Of a stretch of 64,000 bases of DNA, positions 9,347 to 18,354 are shown one piece after another. The notes beneath the pieces were generated by a model. The model searched no databases. It worked only from the letters and a program-made list of their open reading frames with translations, and was not told where the DNA came from. The first letter of the stretch is position 1. Every line of letters begins with the position of its first letter. The stretch is from Candidatus Methylobacter oryzae. GTDB taxonomy: Bacteria > Pseudomonadota > Gammaproteobacteria > Methylococcales > Methylomonadaceae. The translations under genes were made by a program, and so were the position numbers. The stretch covers positions 1,629 through 65,628 of the forward strand of contig CAMAUL010000005.1 of NCBI GenBank assembly GCA_945861405.1, written 5' to 3'.

Positions 9347-11095
9347 ATGACTTACTCAAATCATACCGAGTCACGATTATCACAGTTATTTCCCATTGTA
9401 GGCTGGCTTAAATCCTACTCCCGCGAGGAATTTTACGGCGATATGTTCGCCGGTATTATCACCGCTATTTTGCTGGTTCCGCAGGGCATCGCCTATGCGA
9501 TTTTGGCTGGACTGCCGCCGCAACTGGGGCTTTATGCCAGCATCCTGCCGCCGGTGCTATACGCCTTTTTCGGCACCAGCCGCACTTTGTCGGTAGGCCC
9601 GGTTTCGATTGCCGCGATCATGATTGCCAGCGCCTTGACCGCACCGGAAATCAGCGTACTGGGCAACCCAGTGCAAAGCGCACTGATTCTGTCCGCAGAA
9701 AGCGGCATCATCATGTTACTGATGGCGCTGTTGCGGATGGGCGGGCTGGTCAATTTCATCAGCCATCCGGTGCTCACCGGCTTTACCAGCGGCGCTGCAT
9801 TATTGATTATCGGTAGCCAGTTACCGCAGTTATTCGGCTTGAAAACGCCATCTTGCGGCATTGATGCGGCTTGCTACAGCCATTATTTTTCGGGCCTCGT
9901 TCCGGCTACTCTTTTAATAGGCCTGACTTCGCTAGGCATGCTGGTGTTTTTTGGCGGGCCATTAATTTATATGCTCAAAAAACTAGGCTTGCAACCGTCC
10001 CTTATCACCGTCATCAGCAAATGCGCACCCTTATTGACCATCATGCTGGCAACGCTGGCAGTCGATTATTATGATCTGACGGGACAACAGCAGGTGGCGG
10101 TGGTCGGATCGGTTCCGTCCGGTTTCCCGGAGCTGAATATTGCTTTTACCCATATTGAAAAATGGCGGTTGTTACTGCCCTACTCCGGCTTTATCGCGTT
10201 GATCGCCTATGTGGAAAGCGTCGCCATTGCCAAGGTTACTGCCAATCTCAGAGGCGAAAAGATCGTCCCCAATCAAGAGTTGATTGCACTGGGTGCGGCC
10301 AATCTGGCTGCTGCTATTTCCGGCGGCATGCCGGTCGCCGGGGGCTTTAGCCGCACCATGGTGAATTTCGCTGCCGGTGCGCGCAGCCAAATGGCGATGC
10401 TGATCGCCGCCGGACTCCTTGCGCTGGCGATCATCTTCTTTAGCCCGTGGTTTGAAAACATTCCCAAGGCGGCGCTGGCTGCGATCATCTTGGTCGCGAT
10501 CACCCCGTTGGTGAAACTAGGCAACATCCCGGTCACTTGGCGTTACGATCGCGGCGACGGCATCGCCGAAATCGCCACCTTACTGGGCGTTTTATTCTAC
10601 GGTATTGAGGAAGGCATCACCTTAGGCATCATCCTAACCCTGATCAGCCACTTGCGCAAAACCAGCCAACCGCATATTGCCGTGGTCGGGCGCATACCCG
10701 GCACCGAGCATTACCGCAATATCAAGCGTCACAGTGTGGAAACTTGGCCTAACCTGCTGCTGCTACGCGTCGATGAAAGCATCACCTTTGCCAATATCAA
10801 TTATATCGAGGAATTCATCGAAGCCGAGATAAGGCAGCAGCCGGACATCAAGCATATTGTGCTGATTTTTACCTCCATCAGCGACATCGACACCACGGCG
10901 CTGGAGGTACTGGAAAACCTGAACCATACACTGCAAGCCTCGAAAATGACCTTGCATATCTCGGAAGCGAAAGGCCCGGTACTGGATAAACTGGAGAAAA
11001 CCGACTTCCTCAAACAGCTGGAGCCCGGCAAGGTATTTTTCCATACCGAGGATGCGGTCAGAGAGTTGAATGGGCAAATATTCGGGCAACCCTGA
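9347..11095 (+). CDS. SulP family anion permease with C-terminal STAS domain
   Basis: 582-aa ORF. The polytopic region has SulP motifs (GDMFAGIITAILLVPQGIAYA). The C-terminal ~130 aa resemble a STAS domain. Confidence 0.85.
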   Translation: MTYSNHTESRLSQLFPIVGWLKSYSREEFYGDMFAGIITAILLVPQGIAYAILAGLPPQLGLYASILPPVLYAFFGTSRTLSVGPVSIAAIMIASALTAPEISVLGNPVQSALILSAESGIIMLLMALLRMGGLVNFISHPVLTGFTSGAALLIIGSQLPQLFGLKTPSCGIDAACYSHYFSGLVPATLLIGLTSLGMLVFFGGPLIYMLKKLGLQPSLITVISKCAPLLTIMLATLAVDYYDLTGQQQVAVVGSVPSGFPELNIAFTHIEKWRLLLPYSGFIALIAYVESVAIAKVTANLRGEKIVPNQELIALGAANLAAAISGGMPVAGGFSRTMVNFAAGARSQMAMLIAAGLLALAIIFFSPWFENIPKAALAAIILVAITPLVKLGNIPVTWRYDRGDGIAEIATLLGVLFYGIEEGITLGIILTLISHLRKTSQPHIAVVGRIPGTEHYRNIKRHSVETWPNLLLLRVDESITFANINYIEEFIEAEIRQQPDIKHIVLIFTSISDIDTTALEVLENLNHTLQASKMTLHISEAKGPVLDKLEKTDFLKQLEPGKVFFHTEDAVRELNGQIFGQP

Positions 11096-11113
11096 ATGAA
11101 TACAAGCATTCTT

Positions 11114-11128
11114 AATGGAACACGGATG
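11114..11128. repeat. truncated left arm of a family A REP
   Basis: AATGGAACACGGATG breaks off where the IS5-like end begins. Confidence 0.5.
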
Positions 11129-11217
11129 CCAAAAGTAGGCGCCTCTAGGGAAGCGCTGATTTAATCGTCCGATAATGAGATAATATCGGCATTAATCGAA
11201 ACAACACCAATGCCCCT

Positions 11218-11472
11218 ATGACCTATCAAACCAGTTTTGCCGACCTCGACTATAACCACAAAAAACGTCTGACCAGAAGGGAAGTATTTTTGAACGAAAT
11301 GGAGCAAACAGTTCCTTGGCTAAAGTTGATCACCTTAATTGAACCCGCCTACCCGACATCAGGACGACGCGGTCGTCAACCGATGCCGCTGGCCGGTATG
11401 CTGCGCATTCACTGCCTGCAGAACGGGTTTAGTTTTTCCGACCGGCAGATGGAAGATGCCCTCTATGAAATA
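11218..11472 (+). pseudogene. IS5-family transposase, N-terminal fragment only
   Basis: 'FADL..KKRLTRREVFLNEMEQ.VPW..L..IEP.YP..GRRGRQP.PL..MLRIHCLQ..F..SD...EDALYEI' is the InsH-type N-terminal domain. No DDE domain follows. The ORF tail to 11559 is unrelated sequence. Confidence 0.75.
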
Positions 11473-11568
11473 TTTAAACTGCTGGTTTTGGAAAACTTTA
11501 TCGAAAAACTAAACAAAGTTAATGAATCCGTTAAAATTAGCGTCTGTACATTTTATTAGTGTTAGGAA

Positions 11569-12765
11569 ATGATGCGATCAATTATCTGGCTTCTTCAGAA
11601 AATATTTAAGTTTTTATTTGTTGTTCAATTGCTTGGCGTAAGTCTTGTTTATGCCGGAGCTAAACAGACGGTCAATATCGCTTATTTGACCCAAGAGCAA
11701 AAAGCCCCGCCGCCGTTGTCCAATCTGGATGCTTTTATCAAAGACAAGGGCGTTTTGGGGGTAGGGTTGGCGATAGCCGACAATAATACGACCGGCCAGT
11801 TTACCGGGCAGCAGTTCGTGCTGAAAAAGGTCATCGTGCCGCTGGATGGCAATGTCGTCGATACCTTTAATAAAGATATAGTCGATCAATACCCGTATGT
11901 CGTGGTTAACTTGCCTGCTGAAGCCCTAAATAAAATCGCCGATTTGCCCGCCGCGAAGCAGAAGCTGTTATTCGATGTGGCGACAGTCGATGATGCCTTG
12001 CGCAATGAGCAATGCCGCAATAATGTGTTGTATCTTTTGCCTAACAGGGCCATGCGTACCGATGCGCTGGCGCAATACATGATGAAAAAACGCTGGAACA
12101 AGTGGTTTTTGGTCGTCGGCGCTACCGAGGAAGATCGCTTGTTTGCCGCTGCTTTAAAACGGGCGGCTAAACGTTTCGGTATGAAAATAGTCGAGGAAAA
12201 AACTTGGGAGCACACTTACGATGCACGGCGCACGGCGCAATCGGATGTGGCGGTATTTACTCAGGTGGATGATTACGATGTACTGGTTGTCGCCGATGAG
12301 CAAGGCCAATTCGGCGAATATCTTGAATACAGAACCTGGAATGCAAGGCCGGTGATTGGTACTCAGGGATTAATTGCTACGGCATGGCATCGTACCCATG
12401 AGCAATGGGGTGCGGTGCAGATTCAAAACCGCTTTAAAGAGCAGGCCGGGCGCTGGATGGAAGAGCAGGATTATGCCGCTTATCTGGCGGTCAGAGCCAT
12501 CGGCGAGGCGGCCACCCGCACCAAATCGAACGATATGAGCCAACTTAAGGAATATATATTGAGTGATGCGTTTGCATTGCAGGGTTATAAAGGCAATCCG
12601 TTGTCGTTCCGGTCTTGGGACGGGCAGTTGCGGCAGCCTGTTTTGTTGGCAGCGGCCAGATCAATGGTTGCTGTCGCGCCGATAGAAGGCTTTTTGCACC
12701 CTAAAACCGAACTCGATACCTTGGGTTATGATCAACCCGAATCGACTTGTAAATGGAGTAAGTAA
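11569..12765 (+). CDS. periplasmic substrate-binding protein of the PQQ-dehydrogenase-associated ABC system
   Basis: 398-aa ORF with a signal peptide and Leu/Ile/Val-binding-protein-like fold features. First gene of the conserved binding protein / beta-propeller / ATPase / permease set. Confidence 0.65.
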   Translation: MMRSIIWLLQKIFKFLFVVQLLGVSLVYAGAKQTVNIAYLTQEQKAPPPLSNLDAFIKDKGVLGVGLAIADNNTTGQFTGQQFVLKKVIVPLDGNVVDTFNKDIVDQYPYVVVNLPAEALNKIADLPAAKQKLLFDVATVDDALRNEQCRNNVLYLLPNRAMRTDALAQYMMKKRWNKWFLVVGATEEDRLFAAALKRAAKRFGMKIVEEKTWEHTYDARRTAQSDVAVFTQVDDYDVLVVADEQGQFGEYLEYRTWNARPVIGTQGLIATAWHRTHEQWGAVQIQNRFKEQAGRWMEEQDYAAYLAVRAIGEAATRTKSNDMSQLKEYILSDAFALQGYKGNPLSFRSWDGQLRQPVLLAAARSMVAVAPIEGFLHPKTELDTLGYDQPESTCKWSK

Positions 12766-12767
12766 TC

Positions 12768-13805
12768 ATGAAAAATACATTGGTGTCCAGGAGTGCCTGT
12801 GGGGGCGACTTTAGTCGCCCTTTAGCGCAATGGGCGACTAAAGTCGCCCCCACAGCCGTTTTTGCCATTTTATCGATTGCATTAGTTGCAAATGCGCAGG
12901 CTGAAACGGTTTTTGTTACCCTTGAAAAAGATAACGCGCTGGCGGTTGTCGATCCGATTGCCGGTAAGTTGATCAAAACGGTGGAAATCGGCCAGCGCCC
13001 GCGAGGCATCATCATCAGCCCCGACAATAAGTCTTTGTACGTGGCCGTCAGCGACGACGATACCATCAAGATTATCGATGCCGAGACGCTTAAAGAAACA
13101 GGAAGACTGCCGTCCGGCGAAGACCCGGAAACCTTCGCGTTAAACCCTGCGGGTGACCGGCTTTATGTGTCCAATGAAGATGACAGTCTGGTAACTGTGA
13201 TCGACCTTAAGCATAAAAAAGTCGTTAAACAGATTAAGGTTGGCGTCGAGCCGGAGGGTATAGCGGCCAGCCCGGACAAACTCTGGGTAGCCAGTGCATC
13301 TGAAACGACAAATATGGTGCATTGGATTGATGCCAAGACTCATGCTATCGTCGAAAACACGCTGGTTGATCCGCGTCCGCGTGCGCTGGGCTTTACCGCC
13401 GACAGCCAGCAGCTGTGGGTCACTTCGGAAATGGCCGGAACCTTGATGATTCTGGATGTTAAAACCAAGCAGCTCGTCAAAACTATCAAGTTTGATGTAC
13501 AAGGCATTACGACCGATAAAATCCAGCCGGTCGGCGTGGTGATCGATAAAGACAGAAAACGCGGCTATGTGGCCTTGGGGCCTGCAAACCGTGTCGCGGT
13601 GATTAACGCGCAGAGTTTGGAAGTGGAAAAATATCTGTTGGTGGGTCAGCGGGTTTGGAATCTGGCGTTTTCACCGGATCAAAAACGGTTATATACCACT
13701 AACGGCACCAGCAACGATATTTCGCTGATCGATCTTGAGACTCAGACAGTGACCAAATCGGTCGGCGTGGGTACTTATCCGTGGGGAGTTGCAGTCAGTC
13801 CATGA
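12768..13805 (+). CDS. YVTN-family beta-propeller repeat protein (PQQ-catabolism-associated)
   Basis: Repeated 'P.G...SPDG..LYV....D..v.viD' blades and a signal peptide ending ANAQA. A palindromic repeat is embedded in codons ~11-29. Confidence 0.75.
   Translation: MKNTLVSRSACGGDFSRPLAQWATKVAPTAVFAILSIALVANAQAETVFVTLEKDNALAVVDPIAGKLIKTVEIGQRPRGIIISPDNKSLYVAVSDDDTIKIIDAETLKETGRLPSGEDPETFALNPAGDRLYVSNEDDSLVTVIDLKHKKVVKQIKVGVEPEGIAASPDKLWVASASETTNMVHWIDAKTHAIVENTLVDPRPRALGFTADSQQLWVTSEMAGTLMILDVKTKQLVKTIKFDVQGITTDKIQPVGVVIDKDRKRGYVALGPANRVAVINAQSLEVEKYLLVGQRVWNLAFSPDQKRLYTTNGTSNDISLIDLETQTVTKSVGVGTYPWGVAVSP
12797..12855. repeat. GCGACTTTAGTCGC-type palindromic repeat inside the coding sequence
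   Basis: CTGTGGGGGCGACTTTAGTCGCCC...GGGCGACTAAAGTCGCCCCCACAG. A related copy lies at 31235-31315. Confidence 0.8.
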
Positions 13806-13825
13806 ACATAAAAAAAATATTTTTT

Positions 13826-13952
13826 CCACGAAAAACACGAAAAGCACGAAAATTTTCAAAGGAATACCAAGCTGTCGATCATCACCCAAATGGTGAATGG
13901 TTAAATCAACACAACATACTAATTTCTTTTGTGCTTTTCGTGTCTTTTGTGG
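13826..13952. repeat. palindromic intergenic repeat (CACGAAAA type)
   Basis: CCACGAAAAACACGAAAAGCACGAAAA pairs with CTTTTGTGCTTTTCGTGTCTTTTGTGG as imperfect inverted termini. It lies between two genes of one operon. Confidence 0.75.
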
Positions 13953-13971
13953 ACAGATTGCGGTTTTTAGG

Positions 13972-14715
13972 ATGAATTCGTCCATAGTAGCGTTATCCGT
14001 CGAAGATTTGAGTTTCTCCTACGGCGGCAAAAAAGCACTGACCCAGGTCAATTTTAAGATTCAGCCCGGCGAATGCACGGTTTTGTTAGGCCCTAACGGG
14101 GCAGGCAAGAGCACTTTATTTTCCCTGATTACACGGTTGTATGATACCCGCGATGGGCGCATTGAGCTGTGCGGCTTTGATATTAAACGGCAAACGCTGT
14201 TAGCGTTGGCAAAACTGGGCGTGGTTTTTCAGCAAACCACCCTGGATATGGATTTGTCGGTTATGCAAAACCTGCGCTATCACACATCGTTGCATGGCAT
14301 GGGACGAAAACAGGCTGAGCAAAGGATACAGCAGGAGTTGGAACGCTTGAATATGTACGACCGGCGTTTTGAGAAAGTGCGCCAACTCAATGGCGGGCAC
14401 AGGCGGCGCGTTGAGATTGTCAGGGCGTTATTACACAAGCCCTCGGTGCTGTTGCTGGATGAGCCTACCGTCGGCTTGGATGTACCCAGTCGACTGTCTA
14501 TCGTCGAATATGTGCATCAATTAGCCGTCGAGGAAAATTTGGCGGTGTTGTGGGCCAGTCATTTGATTGACGAGATTTATCCGGGCGATCATTTAATCGT
14601 GCTTCATAAAGGGCAGGTTAAAGCCAACGGAACGGTTGACGAGGTTCTTAATATAACCAACAGCCCAACGATTAAAGACGCTTTTTATAGTTTGACCCAG
14701 GGAGAACAGGCATGA
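13972..14715 (+). CDS. ABC transporter ATP-binding protein
   Basis: Walker A GPNGAGKST, signature LNGGHRRR, Walker B LLLDEP. Start moved to the Met at 13972 because upstream ORF sequence is the repeat element. Confidence 0.85.
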   Translation: MNSSIVALSVEDLSFSYGGKKALTQVNFKIQPGECTVLLGPNGAGKSTLFSLITRLYDTRDGRIELCGFDIKRQTLLALAKLGVVFQQTTLDMDLSVMQNLRYHTSLHGMGRKQAEQRIQQELERLNMYDRRFEKVRQLNGGHRRRVEIVRALLHKPSVLLLDEPTVGLDVPSRLSIVEYVHQLAVEENLAVLWASHLIDEIYPGDHLIVLHKGQVKANGTVDEVLNITNSPTIKDAFYSLTQGEQA

Positions 14716-15578
14716 CTAATCGGCCGGGAGCGGATTTGCATTTACCCGAAGGGCGCAGGGCAGGACAGCCCTGCGTGACCCTGCTTCATTACTGGCGTGC
14801 CATGAGGGGCATCATCTGGCGTGAATTATGGCGATTTGTGACCCAGCGTGAGCGGTTTATTTCCGCCCTGGTCAGACCTTTGGTCTGGCTGTTTGTCTTT
14901 GCGGCAGGATTCAGGGCCGCATTAGGGCTAGCCATCACCCCGCCTTACGAGACCTATATTTTGTACGAGGTTTATATTACTCCCGGCCTGATCGGCATGA
15001 TCCAGCTGTTTAACGGCATGCAAAGCTCGTTGTCTATGGTTTACGACCGGGAAATGGGCAGCATGCGTATCCTGATGGTTTGCCCGTTGCCGCGCTGGTT
15101 TTTATTGATCAGCAAGTTGCTGGCCGGTACCGGCGTATCGATTTTACAAGCGTATGTGTTTTTAGCGATAGCGTGGTTTTATGACATCCAGGCGCCGTGG
15201 CAGGGCTATTTATGGATAATGCCCGCATTGTTGTTGTCCGGGTTGATGCTGGGCGCTTTAGGCTTGTTGCTGTCATCGTTTATAAAACAGCTGGAAAATT
15301 TTGCCGGGGTGATGAACTTTGTGATTTTCCCGATGTTTTTTATGTCAACCGCGTTGTATCCTTTATGGAAAGTCAAAGAGTCCAGCGTACTGCTTTATCA
15401 TCTGGCGCAGTACAACCCGTTTTCCCAGGCGGTAGAGATGATCCGCTTTGCGCTGTACGGCCAGTTTAACAGCATGGCGTTTATTTATACGCTGGTTGCC
15501 TTTATCGTGTTCATGGCGTCGGCAATTATTGGCTATAATCCTTCAAAAGGGATGATGATGAGAAAAGGCGGGGCTTGA
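14712..15578 (+). CDS. ABC-2 type transporter permease
   Basis: ATGA start/stop overlap with the ATPase gene. Six predicted TM segments. The N-terminal ~30 aa are uncertain. Confidence 0.75.
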   Translation: MTNRPGADLHLPEGRRAGQPCVTLLHYWRAMRGIIWRELWRFVTQRERFISALVRPLVWLFVFAAGFRAALGLAITPPYETYILYEVYITPGLIGMIQLFNGMQSSLSMVYDREMGSMRILMVCPLPRWFLLISKLLAGTGVSILQAYVFLAIAWFYDIQAPWQGYLWIMPALLLSGLMLGALGLLLSSFIKQLENFAGVMNFVIFPMFFMSTALYPLWKVKESSVLLYHLAQYNPFSQAVEMIRFALYGQFNSMAFIYTLVAFIVFMASAIIGYNPSKGMMMRKGGA

Positions 15579-15731
15579 CGCCTCAAACAATAGATTGTGA
15601 TATTGTTGGAAATTGTATGTGAGGCTGACTTCGCCTCGGCAATTGCTCCTGCATTGCTCTACCTCCTGCATCCATGCAAGTCGTAAAGCGCCTACTGGTC
15701 GCCACCACCCTAAAATAAATTCGGTGAAAAT

Positions 15732-17318
15732 GTGAAGAACTCTTTTTTTCTGGTTATACCAACTCAACAAAAAAATTCCCCGCGCCTGACAGAATTTGAA
15801 GCCAAGGCGCTGCAACATTGGATTGCAGAACTGCCCACGGCTAATCCTAGCCTAGCTACGCGCCTGCTTCACGACATGCTTATCGATTTCAATACCATTG
15901 AAATGGCGGCTCAGATGCGGCTGGATGCGCTGGAGCTTTTAAGTCCCAGCGTTCATGACATTGAGGACTATCTTCGATCCAGGCTGATTAAAGCAGGTTT
16001 CCCGAAAGAAGATAACGACAAGAAAATCCTGAGCGTATTGGTCTCAATTGAAAAGGAATTCACTATTGGTTATTGGATGGTGCTTAAGGAGTTAACCAAG
16101 CGCGATGTCAGCTGGTTTCAAGGCAAGAATGCGGCATTAACGATCCAGCGCTGCATTAAAGGGCTGGGCAATATTATTGTCAGTCATTTTATTATGGGGA
16201 TGCCGATACCAGATTGGGTGTGGATAGATCTACATTCGCTTTATAGCCTGAGTGTAAAAATAAAAAATGATTCGACTAAAATTAGCAATGACGTAAGTCC
16301 GTCCAAAAAAGCCAGTAGCCCGGAAGAGTGTTATCGGCAGATCCTCCTGCTCAGTCTTGCTGATCCGACCGGCTTAATGCAAAAGGAAATTTTGTTGGTT
16401 TATGGTTTTATCGAAACGATAAGTTCTTTAGTCGCTCTAAAAAAAGAGCAGGTGAAAGATCAGCAGATACAGTGCATCGTCTTAACGGACGAGGACAAAG
16501 CACCGCATTACCAGTATGAAGCCAGTGCTAAAAATGAATCAGCAACACTGTATCTGGACTTTAGCAAATTGTTCAAGACATTTAAGCAGAAAGGAAAATT
16601 GATTAATGCGGCGGAGGCAAGGTTCAGCTCGATGCATGTATTGAACAATAAGCTTGAACAACCCGCAGCGGAATTGCTCGATTACCTGGAGCAACGGTGG
16701 ATGGGCGTCGATTTGCAGGGCATACCCTTTTTTAGTGACCGGTCGGATCGGTATATCGCCGTGGGCCTTGAGTCCACCCATGAATTGCAAAATGCGCTGG
16801 AACCCGTGGGCGAGAAAGATCTGGAATTTCTCGTTCAGTCGGCATCTGACCGGTTATTGTCTGGCGTATTTATAAAAACGGGAGTCCTGTCAGTGGGTAG
16901 TCTGGTCAGCTTTAGAAAAGCAGACAGCCCCGAGCATAAACGTTCATTAGGCATAGTCAACAAAGTCATTGTCGACAAGCAAAGCGGCAGAATAAACTTT
17001 GGCATGCAATTGTTGGCTCATCAATCCATCGCCGTCACCTACGTACAATTGGATGAAGTGGGCAAAGATGTTCCGCAAAAAGGCCTGTTTTACAGTGCAA
17101 AAGAGCTGGAAGATGAAAAAAACTACATCATCACCGATAGTTTTATGCTGAAAGACAGCGATGTTCTCCGGGTATACATGAATAACGAAGACTTCCCGGT
17201 TGTATTAAGTAACAGGAAAAATGTCGGACTGGGTTACTGGCAGTTTGAATGCCGACGGGTGGCGGAAAGGGGTAAAGTAGCAGTGGCGCAGGCTAAAAAA
17301 GGCTACGATTTCATTTAA
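15732..17318 (+). CDS. hypothetical protein (528 aa)
   Basis: Long ORF with a GTG start. No family recognised by eye. Confidence 0.5.
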   Translation: MKNSFFLVIPTQQKNSPRLTEFEAKALQHWIAELPTANPSLATRLLHDMLIDFNTIEMAAQMRLDALELLSPSVHDIEDYLRSRLIKAGFPKEDNDKKILSVLVSIEKEFTIGYWMVLKELTKRDVSWFQGKNAALTIQRCIKGLGNIIVSHFIMGMPIPDWVWIDLHSLYSLSVKIKNDSTKISNDVSPSKKASSPEECYRQILLLSLADPTGLMQKEILLVYGFIETISSLVALKKEQVKDQQIQCIVLTDEDKAPHYQYEASAKNESATLYLDFSKLFKTFKQKGKLINAAEARFSSMHVLNNKLEQPAAELLDYLEQRWMGVDLQGIPFFSDRSDRYIAVGLESTHELQNALEPVGEKDLEFLVQSASDRLLSGVFIKTGVLSVGSLVSFRKADSPEHKRSLGIVNKVIVDKQSGRINFGMQLLAHQSIAVTYVQLDEVGKDVPQKGLFYSAKELEDEKNYIITDSFMLKDSDVLRVYMNNEDFPVVLSNRKNVGLGYWQFECRRVAERGKVAVAQAKKGYDFI

Positions 17319-17550
17319 ATAACGCATATCGTTGAAAAATAGCGCGATATGCATATAGCACTTGAAAAGTTTTTTTATCGTGGTAAGTTGGCGTGTCGAG
17401 TTGGTTGGTGGCGATGAATTGTCGGTTTTTAAGCCGACATCTAAATACAAGGAGAGAGTGCTTGTATCTATCAGTTATCGGGGTAATCAGGTAATATGCC
17501 TTGAGCAAAAACCTGAACATAATAATAAATTACAATTATGAGGATAAGAA

Positions 17551-18036
17551 ATGAGTAATGAAGAAAATGCTAAAAAATCGGTAGAAGCGGCGAAAGAGGT
17601 TGCTGGTAAGCTGTTTTCATCAGCGATGGATTTAAAAGAAAAAAGCCCCAAAGTATTTTTTGGCGCTATTGGCGGCATCGTCGTCCTGCTGTTGGTCATC
17701 ATGATGAGCGGCGGTGATTCAGGTGTTCTTCCCAAATCTTCGGCCAAGAACCTTGCTGTCGGACAGCGGTATGTATTGAAAAACCCTAATACGTATGAAA
17801 TCGAATCTCCTATTAAATTACTTGCTGTGCCTGGCTCTATAGCAGCTTATGACGATAGTGAAGATGAAGAAAAAGGTAAAGTTGAATCTTGCAGACGCAT
17901 CGCTCAGGGGACGGCGATAACTATCATAGGATTTCAAGAGGCTTATGGTAAGAAAAATGCGTTTGTTAATGTCCAGGTTGAGGATGGTGATTGCAAAGGC
18001 AATACCGGCTGGGTTTCGGCGATTGATGTCCAATAA
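17551..18036 (+). CDS. hypothetical single-pass membrane protein
   Basis: 161-aa ORF with RBS AGGATAAG. One TM helix (FFGAIGGIVVLLLVIMM) and a beta-rich, SH3-like C-terminal part. Confidence 0.5.
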   Translation: MSNEENAKKSVEAAKEVAGKLFSSAMDLKEKSPKVFFGAIGGIVVLLLVIMMSGGDSGVLPKSSAKNLAVGQRYVLKNPNTYEIESPIKLLAVPGSIAAYDDSEDEEKGKVESCRRIAQGTAITIIGFQEAYGKKNAFVNVQVEDGDCKGNTGWVSAIDVQ

Positions 18037-18085
18037 GCATTGACAAGATTTTAAAAAAAATTATAATAGGCGGATAAATTGCAAC

Positions 18086-18160
18086 GCGGGAATAGCTCAG
18101 TGGTAGAGCACAACCTTGCCAAGGTTGGGGTCGCGAGTTCGAATCTCGTTTCCCGCTCCA
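18086..18160 (+). tRNA. tRNA-Gly (GCC)
   Basis: GCGGGAA acceptor stem pairs with TTCCCGC. Anticodon loop CTTGCCAAG. T-arm GGTTCGAATC-like. Encoded CCA. Confidence 0.9.
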
Positions 18161-18170
18161 ATTAATTTTA

Positions 18171-18200
18171 AAAAAGCCGCGAAATATCGCGGCTTTTTTA
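18171..18200 (+). terminator. rho-independent terminator-like hairpin
   Basis: AAGCCGCGAAATATCGCGGCTT followed by TTTT. Confidence 0.6.
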
Positions 18201-18212
18201 TTTCACTTTTAC

Positions 18213-18286
18213 GGCTGCGTAGCAAAATGGTTATGCAGTGGCCTGCAAAGCCATCTACGGCGGTTCGATTCCGCCCGCAGCCTCCA
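18213..18286 (+). tRNA. tRNA-Cys (GCA)
   Basis: GGCTGCG acceptor stem pairs with CGCAGCC. Anticodon loop CCTGCAAAG. T-arm GGTTCGATTCC. Encoded CCA. Confidence 0.9.
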
Positions 18287-18320
18287 ATAGTGAATTCAAA
18301 CGAGTTCAAAGAAGTACAAA

Positions 18321-18354
18321 AACCCGCAAGTCACAAGGCTTAGCGGGTTTTTTA
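18321..18354 (+). terminator. rho-independent terminator-like hairpin
   Basis: AACCCGC-N15-GCGGGTT followed by TTTTT. A near-identical copy lies at 26430-26470. Confidence 0.6.

Noticed and set aside
13689-13985. ORFs 13689-13985 (-), 13781-13975 (+), and the 5' part of 13897-14715.
   Set aside because: They are encoded by the CACGAAAA palindromic repeat between two operon genes. The peptides are low-complexity.
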